Assembly (NCBI GenBank): GCA_965247095.1
Contig: OZ251997.1
Span: 1,760,001-1,824,000 of the forward strand
Length of the DNA stretch: 64,000 nt
Direction of reading: 5' to 3'
Source of the DNA: Candidatus Multivorans sp.
GTDB taxonomy: Bacteria > Acidobacteriota > Thermoanaerobaculia > Multivoradales > Multivoraceae
Part shown: in pieces, positions 19,774 to 33,102 of the stretch
Numbering within the stretch: the stretch's first letter is position 1
Layout: each line of letters starts with the position of its first letter
Notes under the pieces: generated by a model
The model's input: only the letters and a program-made list of their open reading frames with translations
What the model was told of the DNA's origin: nothing
The model's database searches: none
Translations under genes and position numbers: made by a program

Positions 19774-22700
19774 TCATTCCTCCGCCGGCCTGACCACGAA
19801 CAGCAGGTCGCCATGGTTCACGACCTGGCCGTTCGCCGCGTTGACCCGCATCACCTCGTACCGGGTGTCCCGGGCGAACAAGTCGCCGACGGCGTCGATC
19901 GACGACAGGGAGACCGGGCGGAACAGCTTCATCGCCTCGATCAGGCACAGGGTCTTCTCCGTGCCCAGAATGTCCCCGACCCGGACAAAGGGTGGATCGT
20001 TGGGAGAGGCGGCGGCAAAGAAGAGGCCGCCGGACGGCGCCCTGACCTTCAGTTCGTCACTGCCCTCGATCTCGATCTCGGCGCGATCCATCGTCGCGGA
20101 GACGCCAGCGGAACGCTCCACTTCGCGAACCAATGCGCCTGCGTCGATACGGGCCAGGAAGCCCGGGAGGTAACGCGTGTCGTAGTCGCCGGTACGGAAC
20201 TGCTCGTCGTCGAGCACGCGGCAAAGGAGGGGGAGATTGGTGCAGACGCCATCGATCGTGACCTGGTCGAGGTAGGAGCGCATGCGGGCGATCGTGTCGG
20301 CGCGATCCTTGCCGTGGCAGACGACCTGCGCCACCAGGCTGTCGTAGTAGGGCGAGACCACCGTTCCCGTATCGATCGCCGCCAACACGTCGATGTCCGG
20401 GCGCCGCGGGAACTCGCAGCGGCTCACCGTCCCCGGCGACGGCAGCAGGTCGATCCCGTCCGGTGTAACGACCACACGTTCGGCGTTGATCCGGACCTCC
20501 ATCGCGTAGCCGTCTTCGGCAACTTGCGAGCCTTTGATTCGCGATCCTCCGGCGATCTCGAACTGGGCCTTGACGATGTCCGTGCCGCTCGTGGCCTCGG
20601 TCACCGGGTGCTCCACCTGGAGGCGGGTGTTCATCTCCATGAAGTAGAGCTGCTGCGCTTCCAGGTCGAAGATGAACTCCACCGTGCCCGCGCCCACGTA
20701 GCCGATCTTCCGCGCAATCGCCCTTGCGGACCGGAAGCTCTCCTCGCGCAGCGCCTCCGGCAGCGCCGTGGATCCCGACTCCTCGATCAGCTTCTGGTTG
20801 TTGCGCTGCACGCTGCAGTCGCGCAAGCCCAGAACGCTCACCGTCCCGTGCTGGTCGCACAGCACCTGCACCTCGACGTGGCGGAGGGAGACGACGCACT
20901 TCTCCAGGTAGCAGTCCGCGTTGCCGAAGCTGCTCTCCGCCTCGATCCGGATCTGGCCGAAAGCCTCCCGGAAGTCCTCCGCCCGGTCGACCCGGCGAAT
21001 TCCCTTGCCGCCGCCGCCGTGAACCGCCTTGAGCATGACCGGGAAACCGATCGATTCAGCCACCTCGAGCGCCGTGTCGGCATCGGTGAGGATGCCCGCG
21101 CTGCCTGGCACCACCGGCACACCGACCTGCGCCGCCGTCTGGATCGCGTTCGACTTGTTGCCCATCCGCCGCATCGCTTCGCCGGTCGGGCCGATGAAGT
21201 TCAGGCCGTGACCGCGGCAAAGGTCGGCGAAGGAGGCGCTCTCGGAAAGGAATCCGATCCCCGGATGGAGCGCATCGACCTCTTCCCGCTCGGCGACCCG
21301 GATCACCGAGTGGGCGTTCAGATAGCTCTCGTCGGGGGTGCTGCCGCCGATGCAGACCAGGCTGTCGCGCTCCAGCAGCATCGCCGCCGCAGGCGACTCG
21401 ACGTCCGGATCCGACTGCACCAGGACCACCTCGACACCCGCGCGCTGGGCCACCCGCACCAGCTTGACCGCGGTGCAGCCCCGGGCATGAATCAGAGCCC
21501 GCCGCACCGGGCGCGGAGCGACCGCCGGCGCCGGCTCGACGACCTCGACCTCGCGACGCCGGCGGCGTGCCGACAGGAACTCGACCCGCCGTTCCTCCTC
21601 GAGCAATCGCTGGAGAATGTGCTCGACCGTCTCCTCCGGCACCGGGATCTGCGAATCGACCTGGCGTAGCTGGTCGTCGAGGTCCTCGCCGAAGGGATGC
21701 TGGACGAGCCCCTGCATCGCCCCTTCGACCTCGAACAGGTAGTTCGACAGCGTCGAGGCCATGGGCAGGTGGGAAGGAACGACGATCTGCCCGGCGAACG
21801 GCATGTTCGTGCCCGAGAAGTAGTAGGTCTGGACCAGCGGGTGGGTCACCAGGCTCGCCTGGGCGCCGCCCGTGCAGTCGCCAAAGCCGAAACAGATCAC
21901 CGGCAGGTCGTTGTCGCGCACGAACCGGGTCAGCCGGTCGTTCACGATCGACATCGAAAAGAGGGCGCCGGCGCCCTCCTTCGTCAACATGCCGCCCGAC
22001 GAGATGAAACACACCACCGGCAGCCGTTCCTCGGCGCAGCGCAGCAGGAGTTTGCAGAACTTCTCGGCGCTCGCCATGTCGAACGAGCCGGCCTGGAACG
22101 CCAGGTTGGAGACCAGAACGCCGACCCTGGCGCCCCCCGAGCCGCCGCTCTCCGCATCGCCCGCGGCGCCGGTCCTGATCCGGGCCAGCGCCGCCACCGT
22201 GCCGCATGGCGTCACGCCCTGTTCGAGCGCCCGTTCGATCGACACCCGCAGCCCCGGGAAGCCCACCGGATCGGCGGTCATGCGGTCCGGTTCGATTTCC
22301 TGCACATCGACGAAGAACCGGTCCAGGATGGCCTGCGGACGCCGCGGCGTCTTCCGCTTCTGTTCGGCGAGCACGTCCTCGAGCAGCATGTCGCGGTAGG
22401 CCGCGTCGAGCCGGTTCCAGAAGTCCTTGATGCCGATGTTGCGGGGGGAGATGCGGCCGTCATAGGTGCGAATCCCCTGCTCATCCTCGTAGAAGTTCGG
22501 CAGCAGACGCTCGAAGAGGAACGTGACCAGCCCGAATAGCGGTTCGGAGATGCGAGGCATCTGCAGCCGCTTCCACTCCGCCACGGACTTGAGCAGCCGG
22601 CCTCGGCGAGGATGCCGCGAGAAGTGCCGCAGCCAGGAGCGGAACTGCCGGCGCAGTCTCGCCTCCGCCTCGTCGGCTGCCTCCGCCTCGAGTCCCGCCG

Positions 22701-24432
22701 TCAACTCGCCCAGCGCCGCGTTCAACGAGTGCCGCAGCAACAGGTGAACGGACTCGCGGGCGATCACGTTCTCCTCGCGGGCCTCGGCGGCGATCTCTCG
22801 CAGGTGCACAAAGATGTGATCGTAGAGCCGGTCGAAGGAGATGAAGTTCTCGCATTCGCGCCGGAACAGCCGCAGGAGTTGGGGCTCAAGGATCACGTCG
22901 AGGACGGTGAGATCCGCCGGATCCGGAGCGGCGCCCTGCCGCGCTTCCGGATCCGCCTCCGCGGCCCCCTCTGCCTCGAATGCCCGCATCACGTCCAGCA
23001 GCCGGCCGAAGTCGTCCTCGGCCGCGTCCTTCCACTGGTTGTACAGGTGGAAGCCGAACTCGAGCAGCAGTTCGGCGCGAGCTCGGTTGAAGCGGTACTC
23101 GCGGCTCCCGAGCAGGAAGGAGGCGAGCCGTCCCCGTCCCTCATGAAGCGCGTCACGGGCCGCGGCGTACCGCTTGTACGTGCGGCTGAGGACGTCGTCG
23201 TACCGCACCGCGAGCGGGTTCTCCAACCAGCGTTCGAAGGACAACCGGCGCTGCCGTTCCCGGCGCGCCCGGGCCGCCCCGGCCGGAACCTCGGCTGCCG
23301 CCAGACGACCGTAGCTGGACAGGGTCGTCGAGGTGAGGCGGCGTCGGAGACCGAGATAGCGCAGGTACCGGAAGGCGACGCCGAAGACATTGACCTGTTC
23401 CGCCGGACTCCGCAGCCGCGACAGGGAAGCGACTTCCTCGAGCGCCAGCAGACTGCGGGAGGGGTCGACGTAGCGCCGCGTGTTCAGGCGGTAGTGCTCG
23501 AACACGGCCGGCTCGTCGCGCACGAAGATCTTCGCCCGCTGCTCCACCACCGCGATCGACGAAGCCACGGCCGCCTCGAAACAGGCCAGCCGGTCGCCAC
23601 CCTCACCGGGAACGAAGTCGATCACGCCGTCGAGGTAGCCCTGATCGAAGAGCTCGTACGCCGAGACGCCGACCGCCTTGGCGCACTCTTCCCAGGACAG
23701 GTCGTAGCGGCGCACGATATTAGCCAGGCCCCGGGGCTGAATCGTGTTGAAGACGCCGTCGCGCACCGACAGCAGCACGTTCGTCGTGGCCAGGGGGATG
23801 GCGCCGCCCGAGTAACCGTTGCCGAGCACGATGCCCACGGTCGGCGCGTGAAGCTGCGCCATCTCGGCGATCAGCCGGGAAATCGCGTGGGCCTGGTTGC
23901 CGCGGTTCGCCATCTCGCCCGCGTCCGCTCCCGGCGTGTCCATCAGGGCGACGATGGGCAGGTTGCGGCCGGCGTAGGACCGGATCACGTCCACCGCCAG
24001 ACGGTGGTGCTCCGGCATCCAGACACCGTTCTGCACCGAGCGCTCCTGGGCGAGAACGCCAAACCGGCGCCGCCAGCCCTCGATCTCGGTCTCGAACACG
24101 CCCGCGTAGAGGGGGCCGTGGCGACTCTCCTCGACCAGCTCCCAGGTGGTGGCGGCCAGGACTTCTCCGGCGCCGATCCGGCCCGGGTCCTCGGCCGGAG
24201 CGACCGTGCGGCGGATGTACTCGTCGACCTCAAGGGCGGAGAGACTCTTGAGGGTCCGACGGATGCGTCGGTTGGAGACCAGACCGGCGATGCGCCCCGC
24301 GCCGGCGGCGAACTGCGGATCGCGGGGCTCCGGAAACAGCGAGAACGCGCGGGCCCGCTGCTCCGCGTCGCGGAACAGGGGGTCGACCGCTCCTCGCGAA
24401 GGCTCCGCCTGACTCTGGAGCAGGATCGTCAT
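19774..24432 (-). CDS. Single-chain biotin-dependent acyl-CoA carboxylase (CT-alpha, CT-beta, BC, BCCP)
   Basis: MDTPGAD/GNGYSGGA (AccA-like); FQAGSFD, SSGGM, DCTGGAQAS (AccD-like); HPGIGFLSE, GGGGKG, RDCSVQR, EMNTRLQVEHPV (BC); EAMK biotin motif at C-terminus. Confidence 0.9.
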   Translation of the reverse strand: MTILLQSQAEPSRGAVDPLFRDAEQRARAFSLFPEPRDPQFAAGAGRIAGLVSNRRIRRTLKSLSALEVDEYIRRTVAPAEDPGRIGAGEVLAATTWELVEESRHGPLYAGVFETEIEGWRRRFGVLAQERSVQNGVWMPEHHRLAVDVIRSYAGRNLPIVALMDTPGADAGEMANRGNQAHAISRLIAEMAQLHAPTVGIVLGNGYSGGAIPLATTNVLLSVRDGVFNTIQPRGLANIVRRYDLSWEECAKAVGVSAYELFDQGYLDGVIDFVPGEGGDRLACFEAAVASSIAVVEQRAKIFVRDEPAVFEHYRLNTRRYVDPSRSLLALEEVASLSRLRSPAEQVNVFGVAFRYLRYLGLRRRLTSTTLSSYGRLAAAEVPAGAARARRERQRRLSFERWLENPLAVRYDDVLSRTYKRYAAARDALHEGRGRLASFLLGSREYRFNRARAELLLEFGFHLYNQWKDAAEDDFGRLLDVMRAFEAEGAAEADPEARQGAAPDPADLTVLDVILEPQLLRLFRRECENFISFDRLYDHIFVHLREIAAEAREENVIARESVHLLLRHSLNAALGELTAGLEAEAADEAEARLRRQFRSWLRHFSRHPRRGRLLKSVAEWKRLQMPRISEPLFGLVTFLFERLLPNFYEDEQGIRTYDGRISPRNIGIKDFWNRLDAAYRDMLLEDVLAEQKRKTPRRPQAILDRFFVDVQEIEPDRMTADPVGFPGLRVSIERALEQGVTPCGTVAALARIRTGAAGDAESGGSGGARVGVLVSNLAFQAGSFDMASAEKFCKLLLRCAEERLPVVCFISSGGMLTKEGAGALFSMSIVNDRLTRFVRDNDLPVICFGFGDCTGGAQASLVTHPLVQTYYFSGTNMPFAGQIVVPSHLPMASTLSNYLFEVEGAMQGLVQHPFGEDLDDQLRQVDSQIPVPEETVEHILQRLLEEERRVEFLSARRRRREVEVVEPAPAVAPRPVRRALIHARGCTAVKLVRVAQRAGVEVVLVQSDPDVESPAAAMLLERDSLVCIGGSTPDESYLNAHSVIRVAEREEVDALHPGIGFLSESASFADLCRGHGLNFIGPTGEAMRRMGNKSNAIQTAAQVGVPVVPGSAGILTDADTALEVAESIGFPVMLKAVHGGGGKGIRRVDRAEDFREAFGQIRIEAESSFGNADCYLEKCVVSLRHVEVQVLCDQHGTVSVLGLRDCSVQRNNQKLIEESGSTALPEALREESFRSARAIARKIGYVGAGTVEFIFDLEAQQLYFMEMNTRLQVEHPVTEATSGTDIVKAQFEIAGGSRIKGSQVAEDGYAMEVRINAERVVVTPDGIDLLPSPGTVSRCEFPRRPDIDVLAAIDTGTVVSPYYDSLVAQVVCHGKDRADTIARMRSYLDQVTIDGVCTNLPLLCRVLDDEQFRTGDYDTRYLPGFLARIDAGALVREVERSAGVSATMDRAEIEIEGSDELKVRAPSGGLFFAAASPNDPPFVRVGDILGTEKTLCLIEAMKLFRPVSLSSIDAVGDLFARDTRYEVMRVNAANGQVVNHGDLLFVVRPAEE

Positions 24433-24658
24433 AAACCGCTCAGTCTACTCGGTCTCGGGGTGGTAAAGGACCGGCAACGCGTAACTTACCCGGCTCCGCA
24501 CGGAATTCCCGCGCGCCGGTTCCCCTTACCTCAGTTGGCCCCTTCTTCCGCCCGCGTCGGGCCGATCTCGGCAAGTCCATCCCGGCCCTCCCCTTTGTTG
24601 ATCTGACCCGCAACTCCCTACACTATGCCCTGCACCAACGCCGGATAGAGTCACGGCG

Positions 24659-26554
<1,896 letters not shown>

Positions 26555-26567
26555 TGACGCCCCTGCC

Positions 26568-27953
26568 ATGACCAGCGCGAACGGCAACCGGTTCCCCGAG
26601 GCCCTGGTGCTCATCTTCGCCATGATCGTGGCGGCGCAGGTCCTCACCTACGTGCTGCCGGCAGGCGAGTACGAACGCGAGGGCCGGCAGGTGCTGGCCG
26701 GCACGTACCACGCCGTCGAAGCGGCGGCCCTGCCCTGGCACGCCGCCCTGACCAAGGTGCCAAGGGGACTCGAGGCGGCGGCCGAGATCATCTTCTTCGT
26801 CTTCCTGGTCGGCGGCGCGATCGGGGTCATCCGCGCCACCGGCGCCATCGACGCCGCGATCGGCCGCGCGATCAGGACCCTGGGAGCGAGGCCGATCCTG
26901 CTGGTCGGCGGAATGACGACGCTGTTCGCGGTCGGCTCGTCGACGATCGGCATGGCCGAGGAGTACATGCCCTTCGTGCCCATCCTGGTCGGGATGTGCA
27001 TCGCTCTCAAGATGGACGCGGTGGTGGCCCTGGGCATGGTCTACATCGGCGCCGGCGTCGGCTACGCGGCGGCGGCGATCAACCCCTTCACCGTGATGAT
27101 CGCGAAGGACATCGCCGGCCAGGATCCGAGTACCGGTTTCGGACTCCGGTGGGTGCTGCTGGCGGTGTTGCTTCTGGTCGGCATCCATCACCTCCTCCGC
27201 TACGCGCGCCGCATCGGCGCCGATCCGGAACGGAGCCTGGTCCGAGACATCGACTACGGCGGCGGCGCCCACGAGCTGGCTGCCGCCGAACTGACGCCGG
27301 CACGCCTCGGCATCCTCGCTGCGTTCGCCGCGATGATCGGCGTCTTCATCTGGGGCGTCAACTCACACGGCTGGTATCTGGTCGAACTCGCGGCGCTGTT
27401 CCTCGGCGTGACGGTCATCTCGGCCGCCCTCGGCCGCGTATCGCCGAACCGCACCGCGCGGGCGTTCACCACCGGCGCCGCCGAGCTGACGGGCACCGCG
27501 CTCCTGATCGGCTTCGCGCGCACGATCGAGGTCGTGCTCTCGGACGCGCGGGTCATCGACACCGTGATTCACGGCATCGCCTCGTTGCTTGCAAAGACTG
27601 AGGCGCTGGGTGCGGGCGCCGCGGTCGTCTCGGCCTGGGGAATGCTGCTGGTCCAGAGCGTGTGCAACTTCCTGATCCCCTCCGGCAGCGGGCAGGCATA
27701 CGTGACGATGCCGATCATGGCGCCGCTCGCGGACCTCACCGGCGTCGGCCGCGAGACTTCGGTGCTCGCCTACCAGCTCGGCGACGGGCTGATGAACCTG
27801 ATCGTGCCCACGAACGCCCTGCTCATGGGCATGCTACTCCTCGCCCGCATTCCCTACCAGCGCTGGCTGCGCTTCATCCTGCCTGCAGTCGTCAAGCTCT
27901 ACGCGGTGGCGTTCGCGGTACTCGCGATCGCCGCCCTGGTGCGCTTCGAGTAG
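26568..27953 (+). CDS. YfcC/DcuC-like transporter
   Basis: [38 protein letters not shown]. Confidence 0.85.
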   Translation: MTSANGNRFPEALVLIFAMIVAAQVLTYVLPAGEYEREGRQVLAGTYHAVEAAALPWHAALTKVPRGLEAAAEIIFFVFLVGGAIGVIRATGAIDAAIGRAIRTLGARPILLVGGMTTLFAVGSSTIGMAEEYMPFVPILVGMCIALKMDAVVALGMVYIGAGVGYAAAAINPFTVMIAKDIAGQDPSTGFGLRWVLLAVLLLVGIHHLLRYARRIGADPERSLVRDIDYGGGAHELAAAELTPARLGILAAFAAMIGVFIWGVNSHGWYLVELAALFLGVTVISAALGRVSPNRTARAFTTGAAELTGTALLIGFARTIEVVLSDARVIDTVIHGIASLLAKTEALGAGAAVVSAWGMLLVQSVCNFLIPSGSGQAYVTMPIMAPLADLTGVGRETSVLAYQLGDGLMNLIVPTNALLMGMLLLARIPYQRWLRFILPAVVKLYAVAFAVLAIAALVRFE

Positions 27954-27976
27954 GGCTGGCAGCCCGCTCGCTGCAG

Positions 27977-28828
<852 letters not shown>

Positions 28829-28883
28829 AGGAGATACGCTAGCAGCAGAGTCGACGAACGCCAGTCCAGCAAACGGGAGAACG

Positions 28884-29255
28884 ATGTCCTATCTCGCCTA
28901 CAAGCTGCTGCACGTGCTGGGAGCACTGCTGGTGCTGGCAGCGGCCGGCGGTGTCGCCGTCCACGCCGCGAACGGTGGCCGTCGCGAAGACAACGATCTG
29001 CGCGGCGTACTCGCTTCGATGCACGGCATCGGCCTGATCCTGAGTCTCGTGGCCGGCTTCGGGCTGCTCGCCAAGATCGGAGCAGGCGGCATGCCGCCGC
29101 CATGGGCCTGGGCGAAGCTCGTCATCTGGCTGTTCTTCGGCGCCGCGCTCACCCTGCCCTACCGCAACACCTCCCTGGCCAGGGCACTGGTCGTCGCGCT
29201 GCCGCTATTGGCCGCGATCGCTTCCTACCTGGCGATTTACAAGCCCTTCCAGTAG
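28884..29255 (+). CDS. Small 4-TM membrane protein (SirB2-like)
   Basis: YKLLHVLG...MHGIGL...WAWAKL...IYKPF pattern. Confidence 0.7.
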   Translation: MSYLAYKLLHVLGALLVLAAAGGVAVHAANGGRREDNDLRGVLASMHGIGLILSLVAGFGLLAKIGAGGMPPPWAWAKLVIWLFFGAALTLPYRNTSLARALVVALPLLAAIASYLAIYKPFQ

Positions 29256-29704
29256 CCTGTGCGACAGAAACGACACGAAGTGAGTTCTGTGGCGCAGGCT
29301 ACTGGTGGGGTGGGGGCTGGGGCCAAACAGCGAGTTCAGCGAGCGGTTTGGCGGCGCTAGGAGGTCGGCGCCACCGGACGACACGACCCGACTTCCGTAG
29401 CTCAACCTCTGACGGAGGCAGCGGCCGGGGCCGAACTGCCCGCTCCGGGACGCCCGATGACGCTCACGCCAAGGGGCGAATCGGGGCATTCCGAGTCCGG
29501 TCATCTACTCGTCAGAAACGGGTCAGACCAATAACCGCTGTCGATTGCGAAAACGACCTCTACACCGAACCAACCGGGGAATCCGACCATAACCCTGGTT
29601 GTTTCCTTTCGTACACAAGGTCGGGTCCGTGCCCTAAAGGGGCAAGGCACGGATCCGATCGGCGCCGGGCGGAGCGAGCGTGTCGCACCGCCCGGCGCCA
29701 CCTT

Positions 29705-30601
29705 TTAGAGGAAGACGCACGTGGGGCACTCCCCCGCATCCTGAGCAAGCCTGCGGTCCGCTTCGCTCTGGTAGACGGGCCGACCCGAACGTTCCTCCCG
29801 CGTATCGCTGCTGAGCATCACGTCCCGCTTCCACTCGTCGTCATCCGACCAGCGGAACGGCAGCATCTTCACCGCCCCCGGCGTATCCAACTCGTCGAAG
29901 GCGGCGAGAGCCGTGGCGACAATCTCCCTCTGCAGGCCGGCATCCAGCGCCTTACCCGTCGTGTGCCCCAACGGATAGTCGAGAAACGCGGCGCGGGGCG
30001 GATTGACCGATCGTGTGATCGAGAACGCCGAACTCATCGACAGGGTCGGAATGCCGTCCGCCTCCAAGCGGCGTGCTATCAGTCCCACGGACTGATGGCA
30101 GACCGGTCACACGGGGACCAGCAACGCCAGGTCGACCTGGTCCGCTGCCAACCGGCGGCTGATCTCCGGCGCCAGAGTGTCGCGCACCCGGCGCGCCGAG
30201 TAGATGCCGCCCATGAAAGCGTACGCGCGGGGCGACACGTCCCCGATCACGCCGCCTCTTGCCAGAGCACGCAGGGTGTCGACCGGAAAGACGACGTTCG
30301 GGTCGATCCGGGCGTCCGTCTGGTCGTAGGCGAAGTGGCTCGTCCGCAGCTCCGCGGCCGGCACACTGGTGTCGATGACCCGCAGCGAGGTGTCGTCACG
30401 ATGGTGGAAGGCGATCTGTCCCGTCCGGTAAACGCCCCCGGAGGCCACCAATCCGACCCGGCACTCCTTGAGCGGCTTCGCCAGCCGCGTCCACGGCGGC
30501 GGGGCCTCGCTGCGAACCCATCGGTAGGGTTCGTGTCCCAAGCTCGAGTACAGGTCGCGTGTGCGGACGATGTGGTCGACCGGCGGTCTTCGTGTTCTCA
30601 T
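29705..30601 (-). CDS. PrdB/GrdB-like reductase selenoprotein B; UGA 30107-30109 read as Sec
   Basis: Two ORFs in the same frame joined as LLVPV-UGA-PVCHQSVGLIAR (UxxC); KPLKECRVGLVASGG, DPNVVFPVD, PPRAAFLDYPLGH family motifs. Confidence 0.88.
30074..30100 (-). promoter_or_regulatory. Bacterial SECIS element
   Basis: UGC-C-AUCAGUCC-GUG-GGACUGAU-A-GCA hairpin; G-starting apical loop 18 nt after the UGA. Confidence 0.8.
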
Positions 30602-30649
30602 GCTCCCGATTCTGCCCTAAGCACAGCGCGACGATAGGATGCCAGCCGC

Positions 30650-31135
30650 ATGAGCACCGAAAGTCGGCGACCGGGGGGGCGCGGTCCGAACCCCCCGGGC
30701 GAGGCCGAACCCGAACGGATCGACCTGCCCGAGTCCGAGTGGCGCGCCCGACTCGCCGACGCCGAGTTCCGGATCCTGCGCAAGGAAGCAACCGAGCCGG
30801 CATTCGCCTCGCCACTCAACGGGGAGCACCGGAACGGCGTCTTCGTGTGCGCCGGGTGCGGCGCCGGACTGTTCCGGTCCGACTCGAAGTACGACAGCGG
30901 CACCGGCTGGCCAAGCTTCTACGACTCGATGCCCGGCGCGGTCGAAACGAGACGGGACTTCAGGCTGTTCGTGCCGCGAACCGAGTACCACTGCGCCCGC
31001 TGCGGCGGACATCAAGGCCACGTATTCAGCGACGGTCCGGCGCCAACGGGCCTGCGCTACTGCAACAACGGGGTCGCTCTGCGCTTCCGCCCAGCGGCGA
31101 AAGACGGCGGCCCGGTTAGAGGTCCCGCCCCATGA
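30650..31135 (+). CDS. msrB: Peptide methionine sulfoxide reductase MsrB
   Basis: TEPAF, CAGC, KYDSGTGWPSF, CARCGGHQGHVFSDGP, RYCNNG. Confidence 0.95.
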   Translation: MSTESRRPGGRGPNPPGEAEPERIDLPESEWRARLADAEFRILRKEATEPAFASPLNGEHRNGVFVCAGCGAGLFRSDSKYDSGTGWPSFYDSMPGAVETRRDFRLFVPRTEYHCARCGGHQGHVFSDGPAPTGLRYCNNGVALRFRPAAKDGGPVRGPAP

Positions 31136-31205
31136 GCGTGCGCCGAAGAACATGGCGTGCGCCGATCTTCCTGCCGCGCACGCTGCTAGCCAAGGAGAAC
31201 TGAAC

Positions 31206-32822
31206 ATGTCGACCAACGTGAACACCCGCCGTGCCACCGCCGGGGTCGTAGGCGCCGCCCTCGCACTGACGCTGGCCTGCAGCGGCGGCGAGTCGGTCGA
31301 GCCCTTGACCCTGACGGTGGCGACGGAGCTCGGCGTCCTCGAGGGAGCCGAGCTCGACTCCGGAATCCTCAAGTTCAGCGGCATCCCCTTCGCCGCGCCC
31401 CCGGTCGGCGACCTTCGCTGGCAGGCGCCGCAAGCCGCCGCGGCCTGGGAGGGAACCCGCGACGCGACCGCGTTCTCCTCGACCTGCTGGCAGCCGTTGG
31501 GCGCCCCCGGCTCCTTCTATGACGTGGGCGACATCGAGCGCAGCGAGGACTGCCTCTACCTGAACGTCTGGACCGGCGCCGAACACGCCGGCGCCGCGCT
31601 CCCCGTCATGGTCTGGATCCACGGCGGCGGACTCCAGACCGGCGCCGGCAGCACTTCGCTCTACGACGGCGAGAGCCTGGCCGGGCGGGGCGTCGTCCTG
31701 GTCACGATCAACTACCGGCTCGGGCCGATGGGCTTCATGGCGCATCCGGAACTCTCGGCCGAGAACGAGGCGGGAGGCTCCGGCAACTACGGCATCCTCG
31801 ACCAGATCGCCGCACTCCAATGGGTGCAGGCGAACATCGCCCGCTTCGGCGGCGACCCGGGCCAGGTCACAATCTTCGGCGAGTCAGCCGGCTCCTGGAG
31901 CGTCAACTACCTGACTGCGACGCCACTGGCGGCAGGCCTGTTCCAGCGCGCGATCGGACACAGCGGCGGCATCTTCTGGCCCATGCCACAGCTCGCTGAC
32001 GGGGAGTCCCAGGGCGAGCAGATCGCCGCGCAACTCGGCGCGAGCGATCTCACAGCACTGCGCGCGGCGCCAGCCGAAGAGGTCTACCGGGCGGCGGGCG
32101 AGGCGGGCGCCGGCCTGCTCGTCGGCGTGAACGACGGCCGGGTGTTCCCGCGCGACATCCACGACATCTTCGCGGCCGGCGAGCAGAACGACGTCGACAC
32201 GATCGTGGGCTTCAACAGCGACGAGGGCACAGCCCTGTTCGCCAGCGCGGGCGGCGTCGCGGTCGCCGACTATCACCAGTCGCTCGAGGACACGTACGGC
32301 GAGCACGCCGACGCAATGTTCGCGGTCTATCCCGCCGAGACCGACGAGCAGGCGCGCGTGGCCGCCTACAAGAACACGGCCGACAACTACTTCGCCTGGC
32401 AGATGCGGACCTGGGCCCGGCTGCAGAGCAGCACCGGCGCGAGATCCGTGCGGATGTACTACTTCTCCCGCGTCCCGCCCTGGGACGAAGCCGAGACGTA
32501 CGGCGCCTACCACGCGGCGGAGATCATCTACGCCTTCGACAATCTCCACAGGAGCGGCGAGGTGCGCGACGAGATCGGCCCCTTCAACCATGCCTGGGAC
32601 GACACCGACCGGGAGCTCGCCCGCACCATGGCGAGCTACTGGGTCAACTTCGCCGCCACCGGCGACCCGAACGGCGACGGGCTCCCCGACTGGCCGGTGT
32701 ACGACCCGAGCGCCGACGGCGTTCTCGAGCTGGGCGACACGATCGGCGTCATCCAGGGCCTGCTCAAGGACCGCCTGGACGCCTTCGACGCCTACTACGA
32801 AGACCTGCGCGGCAGCAGTTGA
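31206..32822 (+). CDS. Type-B carboxylesterase, probable lipoprotein
   Basis: LAC lipobox-like, GIPFAAPPVGDLRW, SEDCLYLNVW, WIHGGG, FGESAG. Confidence 0.92.
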   Translation: MSTNVNTRRATAGVVGAALALTLACSGGESVEPLTLTVATELGVLEGAELDSGILKFSGIPFAAPPVGDLRWQAPQAAAAWEGTRDATAFSSTCWQPLGAPGSFYDVGDIERSEDCLYLNVWTGAEHAGAALPVMVWIHGGGLQTGAGSTSLYDGESLAGRGVVLVTINYRLGPMGFMAHPELSAENEAGGSGNYGILDQIAALQWVQANIARFGGDPGQVTIFGESAGSWSVNYLTATPLAAGLFQRAIGHSGGIFWPMPQLADGESQGEQIAAQLGASDLTALRAAPAEEVYRAAGEAGAGLLVGVNDGRVFPRDIHDIFAAGEQNDVDTIVGFNSDEGTALFASAGGVAVADYHQSLEDTYGEHADAMFAVYPAETDEQARVAAYKNTADNYFAWQMRTWARLQSSTGARSVRMYYFSRVPPWDEAETYGAYHAAEIIYAFDNLHRSGEVRDEIGPFNHAWDDTDRELARTMASYWVNFAATGDPNGDGLPDWPVYDPSADGVLELGDTIGVIQGLLKDRLDAFDAYYEDLRGSS

Positions 32823-32849
32823 GACGTTAAAAGGTCGCGATCGCGTTGA

Positions 32850-32918
32850 GTCGCTGGCAGCGTCGCTGCCCAAAGCCACCACATCCCGCTCCTTGAGCCA
32901 CCGGGCCGCTGTCGCGTG
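32850..32918 (-). pseudogene. Short relic of a cyclase/kynurenine-formamidase-family gene
   Basis: HATAARWLKERDVVALGSDAASD resembles the cyclase-family core segment; no intact ORF. Confidence 0.4.
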
Positions 32919-33102
32919 GGATTGCGGATGGAACAGCGAAAGAACCGAAAACTCTAGCATCGCGCCGCGCCGGGCGGGTTCTTGTGCTAGCCTCCCGTTC
33001 CTTAGGCAGTGGGTGCAGAGCTCACGCAGCGAACCAGGATGCGCCTGTCGTTCTCGAGCGTTGGTTGATGTGGAACCCCGGAGCCGAGAACAGGAGCAGC
33101 AG

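Noticed and set aside
30107-30109. UGA as a nonsense mutation or alternative genetic code
   Set aside because: UGA terminates many other genes here normally; its position in UxxC plus the SECIS hairpin favours selenocysteine.
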